A stretch of 64,000 nt of DNA, from positions 37,244 through 101,243 of the forward strand of contig CACMJW010000002.1 in assembly GCA_902614125.1 (NCBI GenBank), read 5' to 3'. The position numbers and the translations under genes are program-made. Source of the stretch: an uncultured Pelagibacteraceae bacterium (GTDB lineage Bacteria; Pseudomonadota; Alphaproteobacteria; Pelagibacterales; Pelagibacteraceae). This document shows positions 50,811 through 60,150 of the stretch, one piece after another (within the stretch, counting starts at the first letter, position 1; each line of letters begins with the position of its first letter). The notes under the pieces are model-generated. The model made no database searches and was not told where the DNA came from. It worked only from the letters and a program-made list of their open reading frames with translations.

Positions 50811-51926
50811 ATGAAAATCGGTGTTCCTAAGGAAATTAAACCGCAAGAAAATCGTATAGGATTAACTCCCGAAAGTGTAAAAACTTTAACCTCAAATGGT
50901 CATGAGGTTTTAATTGAGAATAATGGTGGTTTTGAAGCTGGTTTTGACAATGATCAATATAAATCAGCTGGAGCTAAAATTATTGATAAGGCAGAGGATA
51001 TTTTTAATGATGCTGAAATAATTGTTAAAGTCAAAGAGCCTTTAGCAAAAGAGGTAAAAATGATTAAAGAAAATCAAATAGTTTTTACTTATTTGCATTT
51101 AGCTGCTGCAAAAGAATTAACTCAAGGATTAATAGATTCAAAATCAGTTTGCATAGCTTATGAAACAGTAACAGATAATAATGGTAGACTTCCATTGCTT
51201 GCACCAATGAGTGCGGTCGCAGGTAGAATGTCTGTTCAAGCTGGAGCACATTGCTTGGAGAAAAATCAAAAAGGAAGAGGGATATTGCTTGGTGGAGCTC
51301 CTGGCGGGGAACCTGGCAATGTAGTTATTTTAGGTGGAGGCGTTGTTGGAGAAAATGCTGCAATTATTGCAACTGGAATGAGAGCAAAAGTTCATATTGT
51401 TGATAAATCAGCTGAGAGACTAAAACAATTAACCGAGATGTTTGGAGATAAAATCATTCCTCAATTAAGTGATGAAACAGACATAGAAAAATTGATTTCA
51501 GAATGTGATTTATTAGTTGGAGGAGTTTTAATTCCAGGCGCTGAAGCACCAAAATTAGTTTCAAAAAATATGCTTAAGAAAATGAAAAGAGGATCTGTAA
51601 TAGTTGATGTTGCAATTGATCAAGGCGGATGTGTTGAAACCAGCAAACCGACAACACACGCAGAACCAACTTATATAGTTGATGATGTAGTTCATTATTG
51701 CGTAGCAAACATGCCAGGAGGGGTTCCTAGAACTTCAACTATAGCATTAAACAATGCCACTTTACCTTTTTTAAGCAAACTAGCAAAAGATGGCTATCAA
51801 AAAGCTTTAAAAGAAGATTTAAATTTTTTAGCCGGATTAAATGTTCACAAAGGTAGCGTTACTTATAAAGCTGTAGCAGATGTTTTTGGTCACCAATACG
51901 CTAATGCTTTTGAAATCTTAAATTAA
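50811..51926 (+). CDS. ald: Alanine dehydrogenase
   Basis: MKIGVPKEIK; KVKEP; YLHLA; DVAIDQGG; VANMPG. Confidence 0.97.
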   Translation: MKIGVPKEIKPQENRIGLTPESVKTLTSNGHEVLIENNGGFEAGFDNDQYKSAGAKIIDKAEDIFNDAEIIVKVKEPLAKEVKMIKENQIVFTYLHLAAAKELTQGLIDSKSVCIAYETVTDNNGRLPLLAPMSAVAGRMSVQAGAHCLEKNQKGRGILLGGAPGGEPGNVVILGGGVVGENAAIIATGMRAKVHIVDKSAERLKQLTEMFGDKIIPQLSDETDIEKLISECDLLVGGVLIPGAEAPKLVSKNMLKKMKRGSVIVDVAIDQGGCVETSKPTTHAEPTYIVDDVVHYCVANMPGGVPRTSTIALNNATLPFLSKLAKDGYQKALKEDLNFLAGLNVHKGSVTYKAVADVFGHQYANAFEILN

Positions 51927-52306
51927 ATACCTTTTTTGAGTAAGTCGTAAATATCCTCTTTTTTGTCCAAACCAATTTCTCTAGCAATTTCTTTCCCATC
52001 TTTATAAATCGCTATAGTCGTCCAAAACTTTATATTTAGCTTTTCACTTATATTTTTATTTTTATCATGTTCATAAAAAAAGAACTCAAAATCTGGAAAA
52101 TCTTTTTTTGCTTGTTCAAATATAGAAGTTTGAGTTGCACAAACTGAACACCATTCGTTCCAAGAATTAATTACAATTGTTTTTCCTTCAGTGTTTAGTT
52201 TATCAAATTCATCTAAAGAAAAACCAGATGATTTTTCAAAACTAAAACCTGAAAATGAAAAAAAAGTAAAACAAACTACAAATATTAAATTTTTTAACCT
52301 AATCAT
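51923..52306 (-). CDS. Periplasmic thioredoxin-like protein
   Basis: Signal peptide; WCSVC. Confidence 0.82.
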   Translation of the reverse strand: MIRLKNLIFVVCFTFFSFSGFSFEKSSGFSLDEFDKLNTEGKTIVINSWNEWCSVCATQTSIFEQAKKDFPDFEFFFYEHDKNKNISEKLNIKFWTTIAIYKDGKEIAREIGLDKKEDIYDLLKKGI

Positions 52307-52830
52307 GTTATTCTTTTGATAACATTATCTTTAAAAACAAAGGTATGTAACAATGCCGCTAAAATATGCAAAGATATTAGAGCAATCAGAGTATAGTTTG
52401 AGTATATATGCACATCATAACTTAAATCAGCATAATCAAAATTCGATTTTAATTTGATCTCAGTAATCCCAAAATTTAATTTTTCACCATTAAACAATTT
52501 TTTTAATATCCCAGAAGAAGTGACTGTTAGAAGTGTTAAATATAATAGAAAATGGTTTAGTTTTGCAATTATCATTTGACCTGGAAATGCTTCAATTGGG
52601 TTTTCTGGAGAATTTATAAAAAGCCTCACCAATAGTCTTAATAAAGTAATATAAAAAATTGTTATTCCAATTAATACGTGAATTTCCTCAATTGTTATTC
52701 TAAAATCAGAAAATTCTTGTCTAACTAAATAAAAACCAAGTGGTATTTGAACTACTAGACCTATGACACTTAGCCAGTGGAAAAATTTAGTTAAAATATT
52801 ATATTTTTGTATTATGTTCACCTCTCTCAT
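52303..52830 (-). CDS. Cytochrome b561 (CybB/YceJ-like)
   Basis: FHW; 4 TM with heme-ligand His residues (IHV, VHI, LHILAALLH). Confidence 0.87.
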   Translation of the reverse strand: MREVNIIQKYNILTKFFHWLSVIGLVVQIPLGFYLVRQEFSDFRITIEEIHVLIGITIFYITLLRLLVRLFINSPENPIEAFPGQMIIAKLNHFLLYLTLLTVTSSGILKKLFNGEKLNFGITEIKLKSNFDYADLSYDVHIYSNYTLIALISLHILAALLHTFVFKDNVIKRIT

Positions 52831-52841
52831 AATTCATACTT

Positions 52842-53291
52842 ATGAAAAATAAATTTTTATTATTTATTTTTGTCGCTGCTTCTTTTTTAAATACCAATTT
52901 TATTGCCCATTCAGAAGAAAGTATAGAGGATATAATTAAAGGTAGAAAAGCAATTTTTAGCAATAATGCGAAATTAGCAAAAAGAGTAAATATTCTACTT
53001 AAGGATTTTGAGTTCGAGGAAGCAGAACCTTACATTCTTGAAATGAGTAAAAATTATGAAAACTTGTTAAACTATTTTCCAGAAAATTCTAAAGAAGGCT
53101 ATGGTACTGAGGCTTTACCAATTATTTGGGAGGAGAAGGATGCATTTAACGCTTTAATGCAAAAAACAGCAGATGACATGTTACAATTAGCTAAAGTTAT
53201 GGAAGAGGTAGATGACATTCAGGCAACTTACAAAAAATTAATGTGGGCAAATTGCAACGCATGTCATAGTAGATATAGAAAACCACATTAA
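52842..53291 (+). CDS. Class II cytochrome c (c'/c556)
   Basis: Signal peptide; TEALPIIW; C-terminal CNACH..YR. Confidence 0.9.
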   Translation: MKNKFLLFIFVAASFLNTNFIAHSEESIEDIIKGRKAIFSNNAKLAKRVNILLKDFEFEEAEPYILEMSKNYENLLNYFPENSKEGYGTEALPIIWEEKDAFNALMQKTADDMLQLAKVMEEVDDIQATYKKLMWANCNACHSRYRKPH

Positions 53292-53299
53292 CATTTTAA

Positions 53300-53734
53300 A
53301 TGTTTAAAAATTTTTTTTTAATAATATTTTTATCTTTTTGTTTCATTAAGTCTGCTAATTCGCATTCCCATTATCCTATAACCAAAGATGATCCATCAAA
53401 AATTGAAGCAGGAAAATTATTATACAATCAATATTGTGCTTCATGTCATCAAGTAAATTTAGCCGGTGCAAAAAACTGGAAAGGATTTGATGAAGACGGA
53501 CATAGAAAAGCGCCACCCTTAAATGGAACAGGACATACGTGGCATCATTCTGATGAGTTGTTGCATAAAATTATAAAGTATGGATTTGTAAAACTGATAA
53601 AAAATTATGAAGGTAAAATGATGGGTTTTGGTGATAATATTGAGGATGAGGGGATTGATAATATTCTCTCTTATATTAAATCATATTGGAATGATGATAT
53701 ATATTTTCATCAGTTGGAAATTAGTAAAAAATGA
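53300..53734 (+). CDS. Class I monoheme cytochrome c
   Basis: Signal peptide; CASCH; APPLNGTGHTWHH; MMGF. Confidence 0.88.
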   Translation: MFKNFFLIIFLSFCFIKSANSHSHYPITKDDPSKIEAGKLLYNQYCASCHQVNLAGAKNWKGFDEDGHRKAPPLNGTGHTWHHSDELLHKIIKYGFVKLIKNYEGKMMGFGDNIEDEGIDNILSYIKSYWNDDIYFHQLEISKK

Positions 53735-54174
53735 GTTCAGAAACTTTAAATTTTAATTGGTCATGTAAACACACTTGGAAAAGAAGTGCAAAAAACACTG
53801 CATGGTGTTTACTTGGATGTTCTATAGGAGATTTTGGAACAATTTTATTTTTTCAATTAACCAAAATTCCTTTTCCCGTCCTCGCCATTATGATTTTAGC
53901 AATCATAAATGGTTTAATAACTAGTATTATTTTAGAGACAATAATTTTGATGAAACAAAATTTTGATTTCAAAAAAGCTTTTCACACAGCTATTGGGATG
54001 AGTTTTATATCTATGATTAGTATGGAAGTTGCAATGAATTTAACTGATTATTTCTTAACAGGTGGTGCAATACTTACCTGGTGGGTTGTTCCAATTATGT
54101 TAGCAGTAGGGTTTGTAACTCCATGGCCTTATAATTATTGGAGACTTAAAAAATTCAATCAAGCTTGTCATTAG
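53731..54174 (+). CDS. DUF4396 membrane protein
   Basis: TAWCLLGCSIGD; MSFISMISME. Confidence 0.82.
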   Translation: MSSETLNFNWSCKHTWKRSAKNTAWCLLGCSIGDFGTILFFQLTKIPFPVLAIMILAIINGLITSIILETIILMKQNFDFKKAFHTAIGMSFISMISMEVAMNLTDYFLTGGAILTWWVVPIMLAVGFVTPWPYNYWRLKKFNQACH

Positions 54175-54258
54175 ATTAGTTAAAAAACCCTATTATTATC
54201 AATTGTAGTTAATAGATGTGTTCTTATAATTTCTTGTAATAATCTTTTTAACAATTAT

Positions 54259-55209
54259 ATGTTTTCAACCCTCATGGAAGAAAATCAAATTATAATTAAA
54301 GACTTATCTAAAGTTTACAGTAATGGATTTAACGCCTTAAAAAATGTCAATCTCACAATTAAAAAAGGAGAAATTTTAGCATTATTAGGTCCTAATGGAG
54401 CTGGAAAAACAACTTTGATAAGTGTAATTTGTGGAATTGTAACTCCCACTTCAGGCAACATCACTGTCGACAATTATGATATAATTGACCAATACCGCGA
54501 AACTAGATCAAGAATTGGATTAGTACCCCAAGAATTAACCTTGGAAGCTTTTGAGACGGTTTTCAATAACGTATCTTACTCGAGAGGCTTGTATGGCAAA
54601 TCTCCAAATCCGAAACATATAGAAAAAGTTTTAAAAGATTTAAGTTTATGGGATAAAAAAGATCTTGGACTCAGACAATTATCAGGTGGAATGAAAAGAA
54701 GAGTTTTAATTGCTAAAGCACTTTCGCATGAACCTTCAATACTTTTTTTGGATGAACCAACAGCAGGTGTAGATGTTGAGTTAAGAAAAGATATGTGGAA
54801 AGTTGTAGATATATTGAGAAAAACTGGAGTAACAATAATTTTGACAACTCATTACATAGAAGAAGCAGAGGCAATTGCAGATAGAGTAGCTGTAATCAAT
54901 CAAGGAGAAATTATTGTTGTAGAAAATAAAAATGATTTACTTAAAAGAATGGGTCAAAAAACTTTATTAATAGAATTACAAGATAAAATAACTGAAATTC
55001 CTGAACGACTTTCAAAATATGAATTAGTAATTGGAAAAGATCAAATGTCGCTTATTTACAATTATAATGTTAGAGCTGAGAGAACTGGAATTACAAATTT
55101 ATTACAAGAATTAAAAGAGGCTGGCTTAAAAATGAGAGACCTTAAAACAGAGCAAAGTTCTTTAGAAAAAATATTTGTCACTTTAGTAAAGGAAAATAAT
55201 GAAATTTAA
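54259..55209 (+). CDS. ABC-2 exporter ATP-binding protein (YadG-like)
   Basis: GPNGAGKTT; LSGGMKRR; DEPTAGVD. Confidence 0.93.
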   Translation: MFSTLMEENQIIIKDLSKVYSNGFNALKNVNLTIKKGEILALLGPNGAGKTTLISVICGIVTPTSGNITVDNYDIIDQYRETRSRIGLVPQELTLEAFETVFNNVSYSRGLYGKSPNPKHIEKVLKDLSLWDKKDLGLRQLSGGMKRRVLIAKALSHEPSILFLDEPTAGVDVELRKDMWKVVDILRKTGVTIILTTHYIEEAEAIADRVAVINQGEIIVVENKNDLLKRMGQKTLLIELQDKITEIPERLSKYELVIGKDQMSLIYNYNVRAERTGITNLLQELKEAGLKMRDLKTEQSSLEKIFVTLVKENNEI

Positions 55210-55966
55210 CTTTTATGCTCTAAGAGCTATCTACCTTCATGAAATGGATAGATTTAGAAGAACCTTACTACAATCTTTACTTTCACCAGTGTTATCTACT
55301 TCTCTTTATTTTATTGTTTTTGGATCTGTTATTGGTGATTATGTGGAGAGTATAGATGGTTTAAGTTATGGCTCATACATAGTACCAGGTTTATTGATGC
55401 TAACTTTATTGACACAATCAATAAGTAATACTTCTTTTGGTATATTTTTTCCAAAATTTAATGGAACTATATATGAAATTTTAGCTGCTCCAATTTCTAC
55501 TTTTGAAGTAGTACTTGCATTTGTTGGGGCAGGTGCAACTAAAACATTAATTGTTGGCGTTGTTATATTTATTACATCTTTATTTTTTGTAGATGTAACA
55601 GTTAAATATCCATTACTCATGATATTTTTATTGGTGCTTGTAGCTTTTACATTTGCGCTATTTGGTTTTTTAATTGGATTGATAAGCTCTAATTTTGAAC
55701 AAATGTCAATTGTACCAACATTAGTAATTACACCAATGGTTTTTCTAGGTGGCAGCTTATACTCTTTAGATATGCTTCCTTCTTTTTGGCAAACAGTTAC
55801 ATATTTTAATCCTGTCGTATATCTAATTAATGGAATGAGATACTCCTTTTATGGTGTTTCAGATTTTAACATATGGATAAGTATTGGCTGTATGTTACTT
55901 TTTTTAATAACTTGCATAGCTGTGGTTACGACTTTATTAAAAAAAGGTTATAACATAAAACAGTAA
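55199..55966 (+). CDS. ABC-2 exporter permease (YadH-like)
   Basis: LYFIVFG; IVPGL; FLGG; NPVVY. Confidence 0.92.
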   Translation: MKFNFYALRAIYLHEMDRFRRTLLQSLLSPVLSTSLYFIVFGSVIGDYVESIDGLSYGSYIVPGLLMLTLLTQSISNTSFGIFFPKFNGTIYEILAAPISTFEVVLAFVGAGATKTLIVGVVIFITSLFFVDVTVKYPLLMIFLLVLVAFTFALFGFLIGLISSNFEQMSIVPTLVITPMVFLGGSLYSLDMLPSFWQTVTYFNPVVYLINGMRYSFYGVSDFNIWISIGCMLLFLITCIAVVTTLLKKGYNIKQ

Positions 55967-55971
55967 ATAGT

Positions 55972-56139
55972 TTGAATTTAGAACAAATAATTCCAGCGAT
56001 ATCTTTAATTGCTGTATTAATATTAGTTTTGCCTGCTTTTCTAAAAACTAATTCAAAATTAAAACAATTTCTAACCAATTTGTCCATTTGGTCTATAATT
56101 GTATTAATCGTAATTTTGATTACTTATTTTATTTTCTAA
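55972..56139 (+). CDS. Small 2-TM membrane protein (55 aa), not in the ORF track
   Basis: TTG start; MNLEQIIPAISLIAVLILVLPAFLKTNSKLKQFLTNLSIWSIIVLIVILITYFIF. Confidence 0.6.
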   Translation: MNLEQIIPAISLIAVLILVLPAFLKTNSKLKQFLTNLSIWSIIVLIVILITYFIF

Positions 56140-57280
56140 TTTTACTTGAGGCAATCTTCTTTTTAGGATCAAAAAATGGCTTTTCCACAATAGTGCAATT
56201 AACTGTTTTATCATCAATTTTAATTTGTAATTTTGTACCTAAATCTGAGTATTTTATATCTACCATTGCTAATGCAATATTCTTTTTAAGTCTTGGTGAG
56301 TAAACAGCTGATGTAACTTTCCCAACTTTTTCACTTTTATTCATTATTGTCCAAAAAGTTGTGTTAGGACCTGACAACGGCTCACAATCTAGTTCAATAC
56401 CAACTTGTTTTCTTTTTATTCCATCGTTTTTGATTTTTCTTAATGCATCTTTGCCAATGAAATTAATGTCACTTTCTAAGTTGACTAACCTATCAAGACC
56501 TAGTTCAAAAGGATTGGTATTTATATCTGCATCTGCATGATAAGATAACATCCCACCTTCAATTCTTCTTATTGATGAAGTATGACCGGGCTGAATACCA
56601 AGATTTTTTCCAGCAGTCATAATTTTTTCATACAAGTCATCACCTTTTGATCCATCTCTTAAATATATTTCATATCCAAGTTCACTTGACCAACCAGTTC
56701 TAGAAACAATTAATGGGATTCCATCTAGCTCGTACTCTTTAAGCCAATAGTATTTTAAATCCTTAATACTTTCACCGAATAGGCTAACCATAATGTCTCC
56801 TGATTTTGGACCTTGTAATTGCAATGGTGAAACATCGGGTTCTGTAATTTTAACGTTCAAACCAGAATTTATTGCAACTCCCTGAGCCCAAAATAATACA
56901 TCACTATCAGCAAGTGACAGCCAAAAATGATTTGTATTAAGTCTTAATAAAACTGGGTCGTTTAAAATTCCACCGTCGTTATTAACTATTAAAACATATT
57001 TGCATTGACCTACTGCAAGTTTAGATAAATCCCTTGGAGTTAATAATTGTATAAACTTGTATGCATCTGGCCCAGTTATCTCAACCTGTCTTTCAACTGC
57101 AACATCACATAAAATGGCATTTTCAATCAAATTCCAAAAATTTTGCTCAGGACTTCCAAAATCTCTTGGAATATACATATGGTTATAAACTGAAAATCCT
57201 TTTGCTCCGTATCTGACTGTTGCATTGAAATAAGGAGATTTTCTAATTTGTGTGCCAAAACCAAAGTTTTTATCTGTCAT
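56129..57280 (-). CDS. GcvT-like THF-dependent aminomethyltransferase/demethylase (DmdA-related paralog)
   Basis: YNHM; DVAVERQVEI; LQGPKS; SRTGWSSELGYE; RIEGGMLSY. Confidence 0.88.
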   Translation of the reverse strand: MTDKNFGFGTQIRKSPYFNATVRYGAKGFSVYNHMYIPRDFGSPEQNFWNLIENAILCDVAVERQVEITGPDAYKFIQLLTPRDLSKLAVGQCKYVLIVNNDGGILNDPVLLRLNTNHFWLSLADSDVLFWAQGVAINSGLNVKITEPDVSPLQLQGPKSGDIMVSLFGESIKDLKYYWLKEYELDGIPLIVSRTGWSSELGYEIYLRDGSKGDDLYEKIMTAGKNLGIQPGHTSSIRRIEGGMLSYHADADINTNPFELGLDRLVNLESDINFIGKDALRKIKNDGIKRKQVGIELDCEPLSGPNTTFWTIMNKSEKVGKVTSAVYSPRLKKNIALAMVDIKYSDLGTKLQIKIDDKTVNCTIVEKPFFDPKKKIASSKIRK

Positions 57281-57378
57281 TGTGAGTGCATAGCAGAAAG
57301 CAAATTTTATGCAAAGAAATTTGTATTTAAGACAATTTAATTAATTTAAAAAATAAACAAATTAGTCTAACTTATTTA

Positions 57379-57543
57379 ATGGTTAAAATTGTATTACCTG
57401 TAATTATTTTATTACTCATAGTTATATTTTGGAAAAAAATTGAGGATTATTTTTATCAAAAATTCAAATTTAAAATTAATTATATAATAGTAACTATTTC
57501 AATTATTGCCTTGTCTATTCTAGGATTATTATTATATGACTGA
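57379..57543 (+). CDS. Small 2-TM membrane protein (54 aa), not in the ORF track
   Basis: MVKIVLPVIILLLIVIFWKKIEDYFYQKFKFKINYIIVTISIIALSILGLLLYD; ends 2 nt before the GNAT start. Confidence 0.55.
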   Translation: MVKIVLPVIILLLIVIFWKKIEDYFYQKFKFKINYIIVTISIIALSILGLLLYD

Positions 57544-57545
57544 TC

Positions 57546-57797
57546 ATGTACAATCTAAATAATTATGAGTGTGTAGAAACTGAAGGTATAATTACCTTCA
57601 AAAATGTTAACACAACACTTGGTTTTGCAAGATATAACGAAAAAGGAGAAATCGAATATATATTCGTAAATCCTATTTTTAGACGAAAAGGCTTAGCTAA
57701 AAAATTAATTAAAATTATCGAAAAAAAAACTGGCAAGAAACCAATGCCTCAAGAACCAATTAGTCCATTAGGTAAAAAATTATTTCAGCTTCAGTAA
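57546..57797 (+). CDS. Minimal GNAT-family acetyltransferase-like protein
   Basis: IFVNPIFRRKGLA acetyl-CoA-binding motif A. Confidence 0.75.
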   Translation: MYNLNNYECVETEGIITFKNVNTTLGFARYNEKGEIEYIFVNPIFRRKGLAKKLIKIIEKKTGKKPMPQEPISPLGKKLFQLQ

Positions 57798-57803
57798 AAC
57801 TGA

Positions 57804-58550
57804 ATGGAGATAAATCTTATTTTCTTAATTTCAACAATTCCAGCAATAATTCTATTCGGAATAGCAAAATCTGGATTAGGAGGTTCTATAGCATTAATTT
57901 CAATTCCATTAATGACACTATCAATGTCATTAACAGAAGCATTAGCAATTATGCTACCAATTTTAATATTTTCAGATTTTATAGCGGTTTATAGATTTAG
58001 AAAAGATTATGACCTTGAAACTTTAAAATTAATTATCCCATCAGCTGCAATTGGAATTATTATTGGCTCATTTACATTTTCATATTTTTCTGAAGATCTT
58101 TTAAAATTTCTAATTGGATTGATGGGTTTTATATTTGTAGGGCATTACTTCATATTTAAAAAAAATAAAATTAAACCTCATAAAAAAAATAATATTAAGG
58201 GTTCAGTTTGTACAATTGTTGCAGGATTTACATCTTTTTGTGTACATGCTGGAGGTACGCCAACAAGTATTTATTTATTACCTTTGAGACTTAAAAAAGA
58301 AATTTATGTTGGCACAAGAGTAGTTTTTTTTACATTTGTAAACTTAATTAAGTTACCATTATATATTCATCTATCTATGATGAATAAGGAAACATTAATT
58401 AATTCTATTATTTTATTCCCACTATCGATATTAGGAATTTATATCGGTTTTAAATTACTTAAAATTATTGAGGAAAACTTATTTTACAACATTATTTATG
58501 CTTTAATTTTTATTAGTAGTTCAAAAATGCTTTATGATTTTCTAATTTAA
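57804..58550 (+). CDS. TauE/SafE-family (sulfite exporter-like) permease
   Basis: GIAKSGLGG; HAGG; 8 TM. Confidence 0.88.
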   Translation: MEINLIFLISTIPAIILFGIAKSGLGGSIALISIPLMTLSMSLTEALAIMLPILIFSDFIAVYRFRKDYDLETLKLIIPSAAIGIIIGSFTFSYFSEDLLKFLIGLMGFIFVGHYFIFKKNKIKPHKKNNIKGSVCTIVAGFTSFCVHAGGTPTSIYLLPLRLKKEIYVGTRVVFFTFVNLIKLPLYIHLSMMNKETLINSIILFPLSILGIYIGFKLLKIIEENLFYNIIYALIFISSSKMLYDFLI

Positions 58551-58587
58551 ATCTTCCATAAATTTGTAAAATATATATAAATAAAAA

Positions 58588-58650
58588 GTAGGGGTGTCCA
58601 AATGGACTGAGAAATACCCTTTGAACCTGTCCGGTAATTCAGAAAGGAAG
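58588..58650 (+). ncRNA. TPP riboswitch-like element (variant)
   Basis: GGGGT-GTCC-AAAT-GGAC-TGAGAAATACCCTTTGAACCTG directly upstream of the thiV-like gene; 3' arm diverges from consensus. Confidence 0.8.
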
Positions 58651-58654
58651 AAAA

Positions 58655-60085
58655 ATGAATAGTATTAATTTATTAAGCCAACAAACTGCAATTTTATTAG
58701 TCCTTGGAATATCAATAATTTTTGTAATAGTTGGAGTAGTTTATTCAAAAAATTTTAAAGGACTAAATAATTATCTTTTAGCAAATAGATCTGTTGAAAC
58801 ATTTTCTTTAACGTCCAGTTTAGTTGCATCAGCAATGGGAGCATGGATATTATTTGGACCTGCATCAGCTGCCACTTGGGGCGGAATTGGTGCAGTTATT
58901 GGATATGCATTAGGAACTGCATTTCCATTATTTATTTTAATATATCTTGGAACACAATTTAGAGAAAATTATCCAAAAGGAAAAACTTTAATAGAAGTAA
59001 TTAGATTAAAATATGGACCAAATTTATTTAAATTAATTTTAGTATTATCCATATTTTATATGACTATTTTTTTAATTGCTGAAGTAACTGCTGTTTCAAT
59101 GTTAATTAATTATATTTCTGGAACTGATTTATGGATTACAGCTTTAATAGTTATTATTAGTTCTCTGATTTACACATTATACGGAGGTTTAAGGGCTTCG
59201 ATTTTTACAGATAACATTCAATTTTTATTCTTGATTGTTTTATTGCTAATTACATTTTCTTATTTATTTAATTTTAATACAAATGAATTTAATTTTGATT
59301 ATATTAAAACAAAACAACCTCAGCTATTAAGCATGAATTATCTACCTAATTTTACAGCTGGACTTACATTTTTTATTGCAGTTGCAGCTACAAATTTATT
59401 CCACCAAGGAAATTGGCAAAGAGTTTACGCTGCAAAGAATACTGAAGTTTTAAAAAAAAGTTTAATTTTTTCTTTTTTAATAATTATTCCGATTGTTTTC
59501 TTTATGGGTTTTACAGGTTTAGTTGCAGTGTCATCTGAAAATCTAGTTGCACCTGATCTTGCTTTTTTTCAATTACTTTTAAAAGATCAGTATTTAATTA
59601 TTTCAGTTATTATTATTTTTTTAGCAATTTCATTAACAGTTAGCAGCATAGATACAATTATAAACGCAATTTCCAGCTTAATAATTGTAGATGGAAAAAA
59701 AATTATAAAAATTAAAAATTATGATTTGTTGTCTAAACAGACAATAATCATACTATCCATCATTGCATTATTTGTAGCCTCAAAGGGATTGAGTATTTTA
59801 TACTTATTTTTGTTAGCTGATCTTTTTTGTTGTGCAGCAGTATTAAGTATTTTTTATGGATTTTATTCGAAAACTTTTTTTGAAAAAAATGCATATGTAT
59901 CAATTATTGTAGGTTTAATCGCTGGTTTACTATTATTTCCAAGTCCAGATTTTTCTAAATCTATTTTAATTGGAATACTTTTTCCAGTTGATCTTTTTCC
60001 AAGTTTTGTCTCTCAATCGTTGTTATTTCTATCATTTTTGACTGCGACTTTTGTTCCTTTGTTGACATGGAATTTAAAAAAATAA
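58655..60085 (+). CDS. thiV: Sodium:solute symporter, ThiV-like (thiamin-precursor/HMP uptake)
   Basis: SSS motifs (YLLANR; GAWILFGP; YGGLRASIFTD; WQR); TPP-type leader. Confidence 0.82.
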   Translation: MNSINLLSQQTAILLVLGISIIFVIVGVVYSKNFKGLNNYLLANRSVETFSLTSSLVASAMGAWILFGPASAATWGGIGAVIGYALGTAFPLFILIYLGTQFRENYPKGKTLIEVIRLKYGPNLFKLILVLSIFYMTIFLIAEVTAVSMLINYISGTDLWITALIVIISSLIYTLYGGLRASIFTDNIQFLFLIVLLLITFSYLFNFNTNEFNFDYIKTKQPQLLSMNYLPNFTAGLTFFIAVAATNLFHQGNWQRVYAAKNTEVLKKSLIFSFLIIIPIVFFMGFTGLVAVSSENLVAPDLAFFQLLLKDQYLIISVIIIFLAISLTVSSIDTIINAISSLIIVDGKKIIKIKNYDLLSKQTIIILSIIALFVASKGLSILYLFLLADLFCCAAVLSIFYGFYSKTFFEKNAYVSIIVGLIAGLLLFPSPDFSKSILIGILFPVDLFPSFVSQSLLFLSFLTATFVPLLTWNLKK

Positions 60086-60150
60086 ACAATTTGAAAGATA
60101 TTTTTAACTATTTAATTTTCTAAATTTATAGATATGATTATTTAAATTAC

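Noticed and set aside
52303-52830. Cytochrome b561 as the ascorbate-oxidising step of the lyxonate island
   Set aside because: It is about 35 kb away and paired with cytochrome c', a common unrelated arrangement.
56129-57280. Calling this gene dmdA or gcvT
   Set aside because: Diagnostic segments differ from DmdA as recalled, and no gcvH or gcvP is adjacent.
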